Virus record (IMG/VR): IMGVR_UViG_3300029998_000015
DNA from: an uncultured virus (IMG/VR IMGVR_UViG_3300029998_000015)
Taxonomy: Duplodnaviria > Heunggongvirae > Uroviricota > Caudoviricetes
DNA length: 64,000 nucleotides
Direction: 5' to 3' (one strand)
Shown here: positions 29,351-40,477 of the stretch, in pieces
Layout: the number at the start of each line of letters is the position of its first letter
How positions within the stretch are numbered: the first letter of the stretch is position 1
Made by a program: the position numbers and the translations under genes
The notes under the pieces: generated by a model
Database searches by the model: none
What the model was told of the DNA's origin: nothing
Seen by the model: the letters and a program-made list of their open reading frames with translations, nothing else

Positions 29351-29378
29351 TTCACTTTCTCCCTCACCGAAGTTTTAA
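29351..29378. repeat. Intergenic element copy 4 (core only)
   Basis: ttcactttctccctcaccgaagttttaa identical to copy 3. Confidence 0.85.
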
Positions 29379-29845
29379 TATCAAAAAAATATTTAAAATG
29401 CTCTAAATATTCAAAATCTTCTAAATATCTACAAAAATGATTACAATCATTTGATAATCAACTAAATATGAATGCATTATATCATCATACAAATATACTA
29501 ATAAATATCGGTACTGACAAATTATAAAACAAGAAAAATAGTGCTAAATATAGTGCTAAATTTGTGTCCGTGACGTGCCAAATTGATGAAATACTTGGTA
29601 AAATTTCTTAAAATGACACTTTTTTAACTAAAAATTAATGGTGGTCACGTAATAATGTGAAAATAAAAACATTGACCACTGACGGTGGTCCAAAGAAAAA
29701 TAAATCTTCTAAGATAGTATGCATATATTTCAACGTAACCACCTAATACTCAGACCTTTACAAATTTCCATAAGTCTTTGATAATCAGTACTTTAAATTT
29801 TAACAAGATTTATGGATCATTATGATTTAGGAAATTTAGGAATCA

Positions 29846-29955
29846 TTAAGTTAAAATTATAAAAGGAAAGATAATGGAATTTAACGTTTGCTGAAATGTT
29901 AAAATCCTTTAAGTTAAAATTATTAAGTTAAATATTATAAAGGTAAGATAATGGA
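29846..29955. repeat. Imperfect direct repeats in non-coding gap
   Basis: ttaagttaaaattataaaaggaaagataatgga (29846) vs ttaagttaaatattataaaggtaagataatgga (29923). Confidence 0.7.
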
Positions 29956-30163
29956 GATTAACATAAAGTATTGATGTTAATATATTTATAAATTTGTATT
30001 ATATACAATAAATAAGAATATAATTAAATATAATTAAACTTGTTAATATATAGATATTATTACACATTACTGTAATTAGAAAAATAAAAGAATGATAAAA
30101 GATAGTGGATTTTTACAAATGTAAATTTCTTAAAATAATATATCTTTTTTAATATATAGAAGT

Positions 30164-30430
30164 ATGATAACAATTTTTAAGACATTTGAAATGAATGAAT
30201 ATAAACCTGATGTAGGAGACTATGTCATTTGTTCTGGAGAATTTTCATCAAATAAAAATTTCATAACAACTCATATTGGTAAGATAAGACGTATTGATAG
30301 TTGGCAATATAAAATAGAATATAAATATAGTGAAAATGATTACTTATGTAATTTACAGTGCATCTTATATTGGTCCAACAATAAAGAAGAATTAGAATTA
30401 ATATTAAATACAAAAAAATTTAACATATGA
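30164..30430 (+). CDS. Tagged GDYV-family protein
   Basis: FKTFE..PDVGDYVIC..KKFNI; AATATATA at 30151. Confidence 0.85.
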   Translation: MITIFKTFEMNEYKPDVGDYVICSGEFSSNKNFITTHIGKIRRIDSWQYKIEYKYSENDYLCNLQCILYWSNNKEELELILNTKKFNI

Positions 30431-30717
30431 AATATATAAAGACATTTGAAATGAATGAGAATAAGCCAGAAGTAGGAGACTATGTCATTTGCACATATAT
30501 TGATGATTCTGATGATAGTAGAGATTATGTCAATAAATTTACTTCTTCTCATGTTGGAAAAATAATTGAGATATTAATAGATATTGACTATCCTTATAAA
30601 GTAGAATATTCAAATAATAATAATATTATGATATTTAGTGATAGTGAGATTTTATATTATAGTAAGGATAAAGAAGAATTAGAATCAATTCTGCAATCAA
30701 ACAAATTTAACATATAA
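30427..30717 (+). CDS. Tagged GDYV-family protein
   Basis: MKYIKTFE..PEVGDYVIC..NKFNI. Confidence 0.85.
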   Translation: MKYIKTFEMNENKPEVGDYVICTYIDDSDDSRDYVNKFTSSHVGKIIEILIDIDYPYKVEYSNNNNIMIFSDSEILYYSKDKEELESILQSNKFNI

Positions 30718-30746
30718 AATTTATATATAATAAAAAAAGAAATGAT

Positions 30747-31067
30747 ATGAATCATATAAAAAAATTAAATGAATTTACGAATTACTCTGATGATTTGGGT
30801 GAAACATTACCACGTGAGTTATTAAACACGGGTGAGGATAGTGATGATATTGGTGCTGAAGATAGTTCTGATATATTATCGTTATCACCTAAATTAAGAG
30901 CAGTGATTGGTCAAATAATGAATTTGAGTGCTCAGGGTGAATATGACGAAGTAGAAGATATATATTCAACATTAACTGATGAAGAAGTAGATAGAATAAC
31001 TGATCTATTAGAACGATTGACTGACATATTTTCCAATCAATTTAGGAATAAGGTAAGGCAGAATTAA
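30747..31067 (+). CDS. Acidic tagged protein (N-tag only)
   Basis: MNHIKKLNEF; D/E-rich helical body; TATATATA upstream. Confidence 0.8.
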   Translation: MNHIKKLNEFTNYSDDLGETLPRELLNTGEDSDDIGAEDSSDILSLSPKLRAVIGQIMNLSAQGEYDEVEDIYSTLTDEEVDRITDLLERLTDIFSNQFRNKVRQN

Positions 31068-31068
31068 A

Positions 31069-31103
31069 TAAAAAATGTGAACTGATTTAGTTCACATTTT
31101 TTA
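31069..31103. terminator. Bidirectional terminator
   Basis: aaaaaatgtgaact-gattt-agttcacatttttt between convergent genes. Confidence 0.8.
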
Positions 31104-31104
31104 T

Positions 31105-31524
31105 TTAAAATACCTTAATTGTGAAGTCATCTTCATCACAAGTATATTCTGTGAATTTCAGATTATAATCTAATGATTCTTGAGTAATTGAATATGAATT
31201 TATATTTTTATTGTTATGTAATATATCAGTAATAAGGTTTTTAAGTATAATATAGCTATCAGTATAATAATTATCTTTAAAGAACTTCCAGATTTCATCA
31301 TAGTCACAGAATAAAACTTTATCTTTTTTATTTTGTTCAAATAATAAAATTCCTTTTATATTAATTGGTAACTTAACAGTTTTATTATTTAATTTAGACA
31401 GTTTAAGTTTTCTAATAAATTGTTCATCATATATCCAGTATATGGAATCAGGATACGCAGCACGCTTAACTGGATAGCATGAGTTAAATTTATTTAATAA
31501 CCATTCACTTAGTTCTTCTTTATT

Positions 31525-31527
<3 letters not shown>
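31105..31527 (-). CDS. KEEL-family hypothetical protein
   Basis: [35 protein letters not shown]. Confidence 0.85.
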
Positions 31528-32075
<548 letters not shown>

Positions 32076-32078
32076 CTA

Positions 32079-32086
32079 CAAAGATA
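32079..32086 (-). promoter_or_regulatory. Bacteroidota-type TAnnTTTG promoter element
   Basis: TATCTTTG about 20 nt upstream of ATG 32060; same context at 53948-53955. Confidence 0.65.
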
Positions 32087-32092
32087 ATACAT

Positions 32093-32473
32093 TTATTTGA
32101 TAATATTAGGTCTTAGTGGATAATAACTATGATATGGAGTATATAAGAACAATTTTTCATTATCTAACAATATTTCCAGTATAAGACATTTAACTTCATT
32201 GTAGTCAGTTGAGTAATTTGTTATAAAAAATGACCACACTTCATCATAATCACACCATAATTTTTTAGTGAATACATTTTGTTCAAATAAACATATGCCT
32301 TTGATTTGGTTTGTAATTATATAATCAGAATTACATATCTTACACATTTTAATCTTTCTTGCAATTTGTTCATCATAGTACCAATAAATGCAATTAGGAT
32401 AATCAGAATGAGTAATAGAATAGCACAAATTAAATTTGTTATTGAACCATTTTCGTAATTCTTCTTTATTCAT
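32093..32473 (-). CDS. KEEL-family hypothetical protein
   Basis: MNKEELRKWF..CY..YYDEQIARKIKMCK. Confidence 0.85.
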   Translation of the reverse strand: MNKEELRKWFNNKFNLCYSITHSDYPNCIYWYYDEQIARKIKMCKICNSDYIITNQIKGICLFEQNVFTKKLWCDYDEVWSFFITNYSTDYNEVKCLILEILLDNEKLFLYTPYHSYYPLRPNIIK

Positions 32474-32571
32474 AATTTAATATAGTTTAGGTAGGATAAA
32501 GATATGTAAAAATTTTGAGTTACACAATTATTACTACATTTATTATTACATTATTTTTGAAATAAATGCTA

Positions 32572-32606
32572 CAAAAAAAAGAAGAACTAAATGTTCTTCT
32601 TTTTTT
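32572..32606 (-). terminator. Intrinsic terminator
   Basis: aaaaaagaagaac-taaat-gttcttctttttt. Confidence 0.75.
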
Positions 32607-32859
32607 ATATGTTAAATTTATTAGTTATTTTACTGATGTCATAACTTTCAATTTGATCTGGTGTCATTAGATATAATACTTTCTCTTCAAAATAAAGTGT
32701 AGGATATTCTTCTAATGAATATAAAAATTCTTTTCTATATTTAGAATATTCTGCTTCAGATACAACTCCTCTTCTACCTCCTGTTGATATAACACAATCT
32801 CCTACTTTAAATTTACTCATACTATTATCAATCTTTTCAAACTCCTTAATGTATTTCAT
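32605..32859 (-). CDS. Tagged KOW/YorP-like protein
   Basis: MKYIKEFE..KFKVGDCV..GVV..NKFNI; paralog of 34574..34843. Confidence 0.85.
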   Translation of the reverse strand: MKYIKEFEKIDNSMSKFKVGDCVISTGGRRGVVSEAEYSKYRKEFLYSLEEYPTLYFEEKVLYLMTPDQIESYDISKITNKFNI

Positions 32860-32876
32860 GCAGGTATATATTAAAT

Positions 32877-33878
32877 TTATTTAACGTTTGTGTCATTCAA
32901 AGGAGAACTAAGTATATCATAAATTCGATAAATACTTTCCCAAACATATACAGCTCCCTCATGATTTGAATTATCAACATATTCAGCAAACAATAAAACT
33001 TTTCCTCCAACTTCTACTATTTCAGGATCTGCTACTTGATTTGTATCAGGAAAAGGTGATCTTGTGATATCCAATAATGGATAGTATATCTTTTCAAAAT
33101 ATAATGGATTATTAAAATCTGCCTCTGCATATCCAAGAATTGAAGGTGGAGTTGCCTGCATTGAATAATGATAAAACATTTTAAATATACCATTATCATA
33201 GAATACTTTTGCTCCACCATGAGAACTATATGCAGGAGCTAATCCATTAACAACACCAACCATCTCCCAGCCACTTTCCATTGAGATGCTTTTTAATAGT
33301 TTCATACCCCATGGACTTCCTGAATCCATTGATTCACGACCTTCAATAAACCAGTAAAAATAGCCATCAATTCTGTATGGAATTATACAATGATTACCAA
33401 ACATACCCGCTTTAAAATTACTAACAACATCCAATAAAGTTTTACTAATTACCGTAAAATTTCTACCATCTGTGGATGATAACATTGCACAATAGTTGCT
33501 ACTCCAACAACTAACTACCATATATACCTTGGAGTTAAATATAAAAGCGTAACTACATTTTACTATAGCTGAATCAATACCTAATAATGCTGAATTAACT
33601 GCAATTGATGTATTGGTAGCAATATGATTTAATACATCATACTCAGCTACATTAATATGTTCTGATTCCCATCCCTCAGTATAATAAATAAAATTTATAC
33701 CATTAAACTTTACAAGTCCAAATTCCTGAGCACTAGGTACTGAAAGTCCTTGTACCAATGTAGCAGAATCATTTGAAATCAATTTTTGCTTTAAACTCAT
33801 AGCACCACTATCTCCTCCTGTCGAACCAGTTAATTGCACTCCTACCCATTCTTCACTTGCTAATTGTATATTTATCAT
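32877..33878 (-). CDS. LASEEWV-tagged five-bladed beta-propeller glycoside-hydrolase-like protein
   Basis: S.DGRNF, GIFKMFYH, LGYAEA, QVADPEIVEVGGKVLLF resemble GH32/43/130-like propellers. Confidence 0.6.
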   Translation of the reverse strand: MINIQLASEEWVGVQLTGSTGGDSGAMSLKQKLISNDSATLVQGLSVPSAQEFGLVKFNGINFIYYTEGWESEHINVAEYDVLNHIATNTSIAVNSALLGIDSAIVKCSYAFIFNSKVYMVVSCWSSNYCAMLSSTDGRNFTVISKTLLDVVSNFKAGMFGNHCIIPYRIDGYFYWFIEGRESMDSGSPWGMKLLKSISMESGWEMVGVVNGLAPAYSSHGGAKVFYDNGIFKMFYHYSMQATPPSILGYAEADFNNPLYFEKIYYPLLDITRSPFPDTNQVADPEIVEVGGKVLLFAEYVDNSNHEGAVYVWESIYRIYDILSSPLNDTNVK

Positions 33879-33913
33879 ATTTTTTTATGATTATATATTA
33901 AATTTAATTACTG

Positions 33914-34512
33914 AATATTACTGTGGTGACTTCTATTATTTAACAATCTTTAACTTGGTATATCCGATATAAAGCGTTATCTTTGTATCGTGATTGACAG
34001 TGTAATGCCTGGAGTATATTCTCCAACGCGGGACATTACGTAACTGTTAAACAATCATTATAAATGTTATCACTTTAACTGTTTTAACCTAACAATATTA
34101 AACTTGTTAAGGATTTAACTCTTCACAAATGTACAACACACTTTAAATCAAATAGTTACAGAGATATACAGGAAATATGCAGGATTAACGCATAATTATA
34201 GATGTTAATACGGTATATAAAATGCATAAACGTAACTCTGTTATTTACAGATAGTTACAAGTAAGTCCTATAATAATATATTATGATCAATACTAATTTC
34301 CTGTTATAACTGTTAAGGATTTAACTACTGTTATACTAATCTTAAATAAGTTAAAATGTTTTAACAGTTACGTATTACCCCGCTCTCGGGCTCCATGATC
34401 CTACGTCCATGTTATCAAGACAAAGATAACGCTTTTAATTGATTTTACAAAATTTTATATGGTTAAGAATAAATAAAGATTGTTAAATTTAACATATCAC
34501 CACAGTAATATT
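33914..34512. repeat. Long nested imperfect inverted repeat
   Basis: Arm pairs 33914-33929/34497-34512, 33938-33952/34474-34488, 33971-33986/34420-34435, 34037-34051/34360-34374. Confidence 0.9.
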
Positions 34513-34573
34513 TACAAAGTAAATACCTGCAACAGCAGTAATGTTCGATAAATAAATTTTAATATATAACAAT

Positions 34574-34843
34574 ATGAGACACATTAAAAACATTAAACAA
34601 TTTAAATCAAGTAGAAATTCTAAATTTAAAAAAGGAGATTATATCATGTCAACTAAAAGTAATAAAAAAGGTATTATAGATAATATAATATCTTCTGATA
34701 AACCTGAAGATTTTGAATTTGCATATCATTTAAAAGATTATAAAGATAATATTTATCTTAAAGATACAAGTATAATATTAATGACACCAGAACAAATTGA
34801 ACAATATAACCTTGAAAAATCAACTGATAAATTTAACCTATGA
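34574..34843 (+). CDS. Tagged KOW/YorP-like protein
   Basis: MRHIK..KFKKGDYI..LMTPEQIE.Y..KFNL; AATATATA at 34561. Confidence 0.85.
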   Translation: MRHIKNIKQFKSSRNSKFKKGDYIMSTKSNKKGIIDNIISSDKPEDFEFAYHLKDYKDNIYLKDTSIILMTPEQIEQYNLEKSTDKFNL

Positions 34844-35406
34844 AATATATTAAACACTTCGAAAGATCTTATGTAACAGTAAATTATTCTAATCAACATT
34901 TAACTGAACTTCCTATATTACCTGATATATTATATGAATTGTATTGCTCAAATAACGACATATATAAGCTACCTACATTACCTGATACATTAATATATAT
35001 TACCTGCGCTAATAATAATCTTAATGAGCTACCTGAGTTGCCAATATCATTGAAACATTTATTTTGCTATAATAATAAATTGAATGAACTACCTAAATTA
35101 CCTGACAGCTTATTAACATTGTCATGTAGTAGTAATAACATTACTGAACTTCCTATACTACCTAATAAATTAGAGTCATTGTCATGTAGTGGTAACTATA
35201 TATCTGAGCTACCTATGCTACCTAATACATTGATTGAACTGAATTGTAGTGACAATAACCTTACCATGCTACCTATACTACCTGATAGCTTAAAAACATT
35301 GTACTGTAATGGTAATGAACTACCATACACTAACCTCAAAGAGTATAATGAATGGCTAACGATAACCCATCCTGAAGTAATCAACGCTAAGAAGTTTAAC
35401 ATATAA
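34840..35406 (+). CDS. Tagged LRR protein
   Basis: MKYIKHFE; LRRs; KKFNI. Confidence 0.9.
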   Translation: MKYIKHFERSYVTVNYSNQHLTELPILPDILYELYCSNNDIYKLPTLPDTLIYITCANNNLNELPELPISLKHLFCYNNKLNELPKLPDSLLTLSCSSNNITELPILPNKLESLSCSGNYISELPMLPNTLIELNCSDNNLTMLPILPDSLKTLYCNGNELPYTNLKEYNEWLTITHPEVINAKKFNI

Positions 35407-35554
35407 TATAATGTGACCACATACCATTACATATGTACATACCTTAACACATACCTTAACATTATTCACACGTGACCACACAAATGCCATAGACATATAC
35501 CTTAACATATCATAAGGACAACACGTACATATAAATGTCCTGAACATTATCTAC

Positions 35555-35600
35555 ACAATAAATGCTCTTAACATTTTATTTGTTGAGAGCATTTATTGTT
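35555..35600 (+). terminator. Hairpin/terminator
   Basis: acaataaatgctct..agagcatttattgt. Confidence 0.65.
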
Positions 35601-35857
35601 TTCTATACACTACACAGTATATCTTTATATGTATATAGTTCCGTAACACCACATCATGTGATATACTTTTCTTTCATCATTCAACGAGGGTCTAATGAAC
35701 TTACTCTCCTGATGCGTTAATTCGGGTGAACTCAACCCTATATAAAATGTATAGATACATTTTATTAATAAGTTTAATTTATTATACATATGTATCTACA
35801 TTAATAAAAAGTTTATTGTTTTCTATACACTACACAGTATATCTTTATATGTATATA
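35592..35857. repeat. 46-bp perfect direct repeat (35592-35637, 35812-35857)
   Basis: tttattgttttctatacactacacagtatatctttatatgtatata twice. Confidence 0.9.
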
Positions 35858-36384
35858 AATATAATATACAGTAGTCTATCATACTTGTATGCTTATACAT
35901 ATAACTATACTGATGTCATTGATTATAATACTATGCATAGTTATAACTATGTTGTCATGGTGGATGAATGATATACACAGGTTGTGTGTAATACTTGGGT
36001 ACTACTGGGGTGCTATCCACTGGGTGGTATCTGGTATCAACATATCAATACTGCTGCTAAGGTATCTAAGTACCATGATAGAAATCTTAGAAATTTTTAA
36101 AGAGTTCTTCACAAGGTTGTCCATCAAGAGAGGGAGCGAAGAAGTTCATGAACATTTGTCGGAGATGACGACGCGCGAAAGTCGGCCGTGACTTACTAAG
36201 TGTTAATACGAATTCGCACTTGAGTCGGATGTTCATGAACACTTGCCTACTAGACTTGGTGATGGTGTTGAGCGACTTGCGCGTGTAGAGTGTGTATGCA
36301 GGTATAGGGCAGCCATGGCGAAAAATTGTTAATATTTGAGTATGTTAATATTTGAAAAATTCCCCATGTGTTTTTTATATCAAT

Positions 36385-36738
36385 ATTTGAATTTTTTTTT
36401 TGGAAAAATTTTAGAGGTATTTTACCCAGTTAAAATATTGAAATATGAGAAATCAATTTTTTTTTTTTGGAAATTTTTTGAGTATTTTGTATCAGAGTAT
36501 TTTTTAAATAAATTAAGTTGGATATTGAAATTCAAAAAATTTTTTTTGGTAAAAATTTAGAGTTATTTTACCCAGTTAAATTGTTACTATATGTTAAATT
36601 CAAAATTTTTTTTTGGGGAAAAATTTTAGAGTTATTTCTCAGAGTTTTTTTATGTTAAGTAATTTTGTACAATAAAGAGTTATATTTAGGAATCAAAAAA
36701 TTTTTTTGGGAAAAAAATTTGAGGTATTATTCTCAGTG
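36385..36738. repeat. About five degenerate ~70-bp units with T-tract-GG-A-tract-TTTAGAG(G/T)TATT
   Basis: e.g. ttagaggtattttacccagttaaa and ttagagttattttacccagttaaa. Confidence 0.75.
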
Positions 36739-37931
<1,193 letters not shown>

Positions 37932-38030
37932 ACAATTATATTTAAGTTATAAAGGTAATAAAAAATTTTGGAATAAAAAAATTATCTGAAGTATAATAGA
38001 AGGTTTTTTTATATATAGAAGAAAAGTAAT

Positions 38031-38114
38031 ATGGAAGACATTATCACAACCAGTACGACTACTAAGGCATTTAAGGGAACTTCACCTGGAGATGATCCTA
38101 TTGTAGTAGGTTAA
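38031..38114 (+). CDS. Possible 27-aa peptide MEDIITTSTTTKAFKGTSPGDDPIVVG
   Basis: Preceded by TTTATATATAGAA late-type motif. Confidence 0.4.
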   Translation: MEDIITTSTTTKAFKGTSPGDDPIVVG

Positions 38115-38223
38115 AAACATTTTTAAGCTATTGAAGTTGCTCATCATATATTTCATGGTGGGTTTATTTTGCGTGTTGTGTTAGTCATAAGGTGAGGTTA
38201 TTTCAAGTGTTCAGAGTTGGTAG

Positions 38224-38303
38224 TTTGGGGAACGCGTCTCTAATTGATTAGGCTTGAGTGTAATTGATGACTTTTGGGGAACGCGTCTCTAATTGATTAG
38301 GCT
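38224..38303. repeat. 31-bp perfect direct repeat x2
   Basis: tttggggaacgcgtctctaattgattaggct at 38224 and 38273; inverted 18-bp near copy at 28947-28964. Confidence 0.9.
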
Positions 38304-38320
38304 GTTCTTCAAATATAAGA

Positions 38321-38340
38321 TTTTATATATAGAAATAAAA
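38321..38340 (+). promoter_or_regulatory. Putative late promoter/leader TTTATATATAGAAATAAAA
   Basis: Same motif upstream of genes at 40548, 42225, 44117 and (variants) 46552, 55953, 17545, 19447, 21908. Confidence 0.65.
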
Positions 38341-38347
38341 ATAATAA

Positions 38348-39874
38348 ATGATAAATATACAATTAGCAAGTGAAGAATGGGTTGAGGAACAGTTTGGCGG
38401 AGGTACTGGTGGATCAACAGGCAACACAAATTCAGTAACTGATGTTACATATAATGAATTAACATCATTAATTAATACTAATAATTTAACTATTGGTGGA
38501 CAATATTTAATTACTGATTATCAAACAGTACATAAGATACCTAATACAACTGATATAAATAGTGGAATGACAGAACCTTTATTAGTTACAGCAAGTGGAG
38601 TTAATAAATTAAAGCCTGAGGCATATTCAAGTTTATTTCCTCAGGATATAATTTACTATAATTACTATAGTGATCAGACTATGGTAATTGGATGTACTAA
38701 AGGTTACATTTATAGAAGGATAGATACTGCACAGAACAATGATATTCCTTTTGATTTTAGGAATGTTAAGTTTAGAAGATGGCAAATAAATGTTAGTGAA
38801 GTTTGGAATTCTGGAACAACATATAATCGTAATAATGTTGTTTTAAGCGGTAATACAAATAATATTCTGTATGTTAGTATAGTAAGTGGAAATACAGGTA
38901 ATCAGTTAAGTAATACTAATTATTGGAATACATTTTATATGATAAGTAACAAATCATATGTAAGTACGACAAGTGTAGGATATCAGTTTAATGCTTTATA
39001 TTTACCTTGTTCTACTGGTTATACAGATTATAATATGTGGAGTAATTGGAATGATTATAATACTAGTTTTAATAATATTATAGATAAACAATTTTTAATT
39101 CCTATGTCAAATATATATGGATCAGATATGATTACATATTCAAATAATGTAATATTTGGTTATCAATTTAATAACAATAAAATAGGTTCATATTTTTTCA
39201 ACAATACTATTTTTAATTCATTTAGTTTTAATAAAATAGGTTCATATTTTTTCAATAATTTGATTGGTTTTGGATTTAATAATAATTCAATAAAAAACAA
39301 TTTTTCTGATAATTTATTAGATGATTTTTTTCAAAATAATTCAATAGATGATTATTTTGACAGTAATATTATTGGAATAAATTTTAGATTTAATACAATT
39401 GGAGGTATGATTAATAGTAATACAATTTTGAATAATTTTCAGTATAATACAATTGGAAATGCTTTTCAAAATAATAGTATAGGAAGTTTATTTAATAATA
39501 ATACTATTTTGGGTAATTTTTATTATAATACTATCGGAAGTAATTTTCAAAATAATACGATTGAAAATGTATTTACATTTAATAATATTATAATGTATTT
39601 TCAAAATAATAGTATAGAAAGTTATTTTAATAGTAATACAATTGGAAGTAATTTTCAATATAATACAATTGGAAGTTATTTTAATAGTAATACAATTGGA
39701 AGCAATTTTACAATGAATAATGTTTGTGATTATTTTAATTTTGATCATAGTGGATTAAATTTCACATCATCCACTCATGTTTATAATCAATATTCTAAAG
39801 ATTTATTTGTTAATTCATCAGGTCAAAGAAAATTAATTTATGATAAAGTAACAATAGTAGATGCTACTGCATAA
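38348..39874 (+). CDS. LASEEWV-tagged fibre/spike-like beta-helix protein
   Basis: MINIQLASEEWV; TDYQT/EPLLVTA/YIYRRID/PFDFR domain; NxIGxxF repeats. Confidence 0.8.
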   Translation: MINIQLASEEWVEEQFGGGTGGSTGNTNSVTDVTYNELTSLINTNNLTIGGQYLITDYQTVHKIPNTTDINSGMTEPLLVTASGVNKLKPEAYSSLFPQDIIYYNYYSDQTMVIGCTKGYIYRRIDTAQNNDIPFDFRNVKFRRWQINVSEVWNSGTTYNRNNVVLSGNTNNILYVSIVSGNTGNQLSNTNYWNTFYMISNKSYVSTTSVGYQFNALYLPCSTGYTDYNMWSNWNDYNTSFNNIIDKQFLIPMSNIYGSDMITYSNNVIFGYQFNNNKIGSYFFNNTIFNSFSFNKIGSYFFNNLIGFGFNNNSIKNNFSDNLLDDFFQNNSIDDYFDSNIIGINFRFNTIGGMINSNTILNNFQYNTIGNAFQNNSIGSLFNNNTILGNFYYNTIGSNFQNNTIENVFTFNNIIMYFQNNSIESYFNSNTIGSNFQYNTIGSYFNSNTIGSNFTMNNVCDYFNFDHSGLNFTSSTHVYNQYSKDLFVNSSGQRKLIYDKVTIVDATA

Positions 39875-40475
39875 TTATTTTGAATATTTTGATATGGTAT
39901 ATTTTATAAATTTACCAATTAGGACTGATAGATATGATAACATAATGAATATGTTTAGAATATTAAATATAACTAAATATAAGAAAATTGTTCCTATCAC
40001 TGATGATATTAGTTCTACTAAATCTTGTAAATCATCTCATATTAGTTGTATAGATGATGCTATAGAAAATGATTATGATAAGATATTTATATTTGAGGAT
40101 GATGTTTGTTTTAATCAGGATAACATAGAGATTGAAAAAAAATTAGATTATCATTTAGATATTTGTTTTAATTTTTTAAAGAACAATAATTGGAATTTAT
40201 TTTATTTTGATAATATGATACAATTCAGGAAGGAGAATAATATCATTAAAGGAATATTCAGAGATAAAGTACATAAAGGAATTGAAAAAATTCCAGGTAA
40301 ATTATTCACTCATAGTTATGCTATTCATAAAGAATCTTTTAAATGTATAAAGGATTTTGCATCATCTGATTTAAATATTGATAGTATTTTATATATTATA
40401 AAATTGGACAATAAGTATATGTATTGTGAGGGAATATTTGATCAATCGTTAAATATAACATCTGATATTAATTAA
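39861..40475 (+). CDS. Glycosyltransferase family 25-like protein
   Basis: YFINL..RTDR, SC..SH, IFIFEDD, THSYAI motifs; start uncertain. Confidence 0.75.
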   Translation: MLLHNYFEYFDMVYFINLPIRTDRYDNIMNMFRILNITKYKKIVPITDDISSTKSCKSSHISCIDDAIENDYDKIFIFEDDVCFNQDNIEIEKKLDYHLDICFNFLKNNNWNLFYFDNMIQFRKENNIIKGIFRDKVHKGIEKIPGKLFTHSYAIHKESFKCIKDFASSDLNIDSILYIIKLDNKYMYCEGIFDQSLNITSDIN

Positions 40476-40477
40476 AC

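Noticed and set aside
35690..35740. Hammerhead ribozyme near cctgatgcg
   Set aside because: The CUGANGA core is not matched and no paired GAAA stem could be placed.
35196..36560. ORFs 35196..35420, 35356..35547, 35726..35971, 35889..36191, 36336..36560
   Set aside because: Low-complexity translations of repeat-rich non-coding DNA, with atypical composition and no family motifs.
38224..38303. CRISPR array from the 31-bp repeats
   Set aside because: Only two copies with an 18-bp gap.
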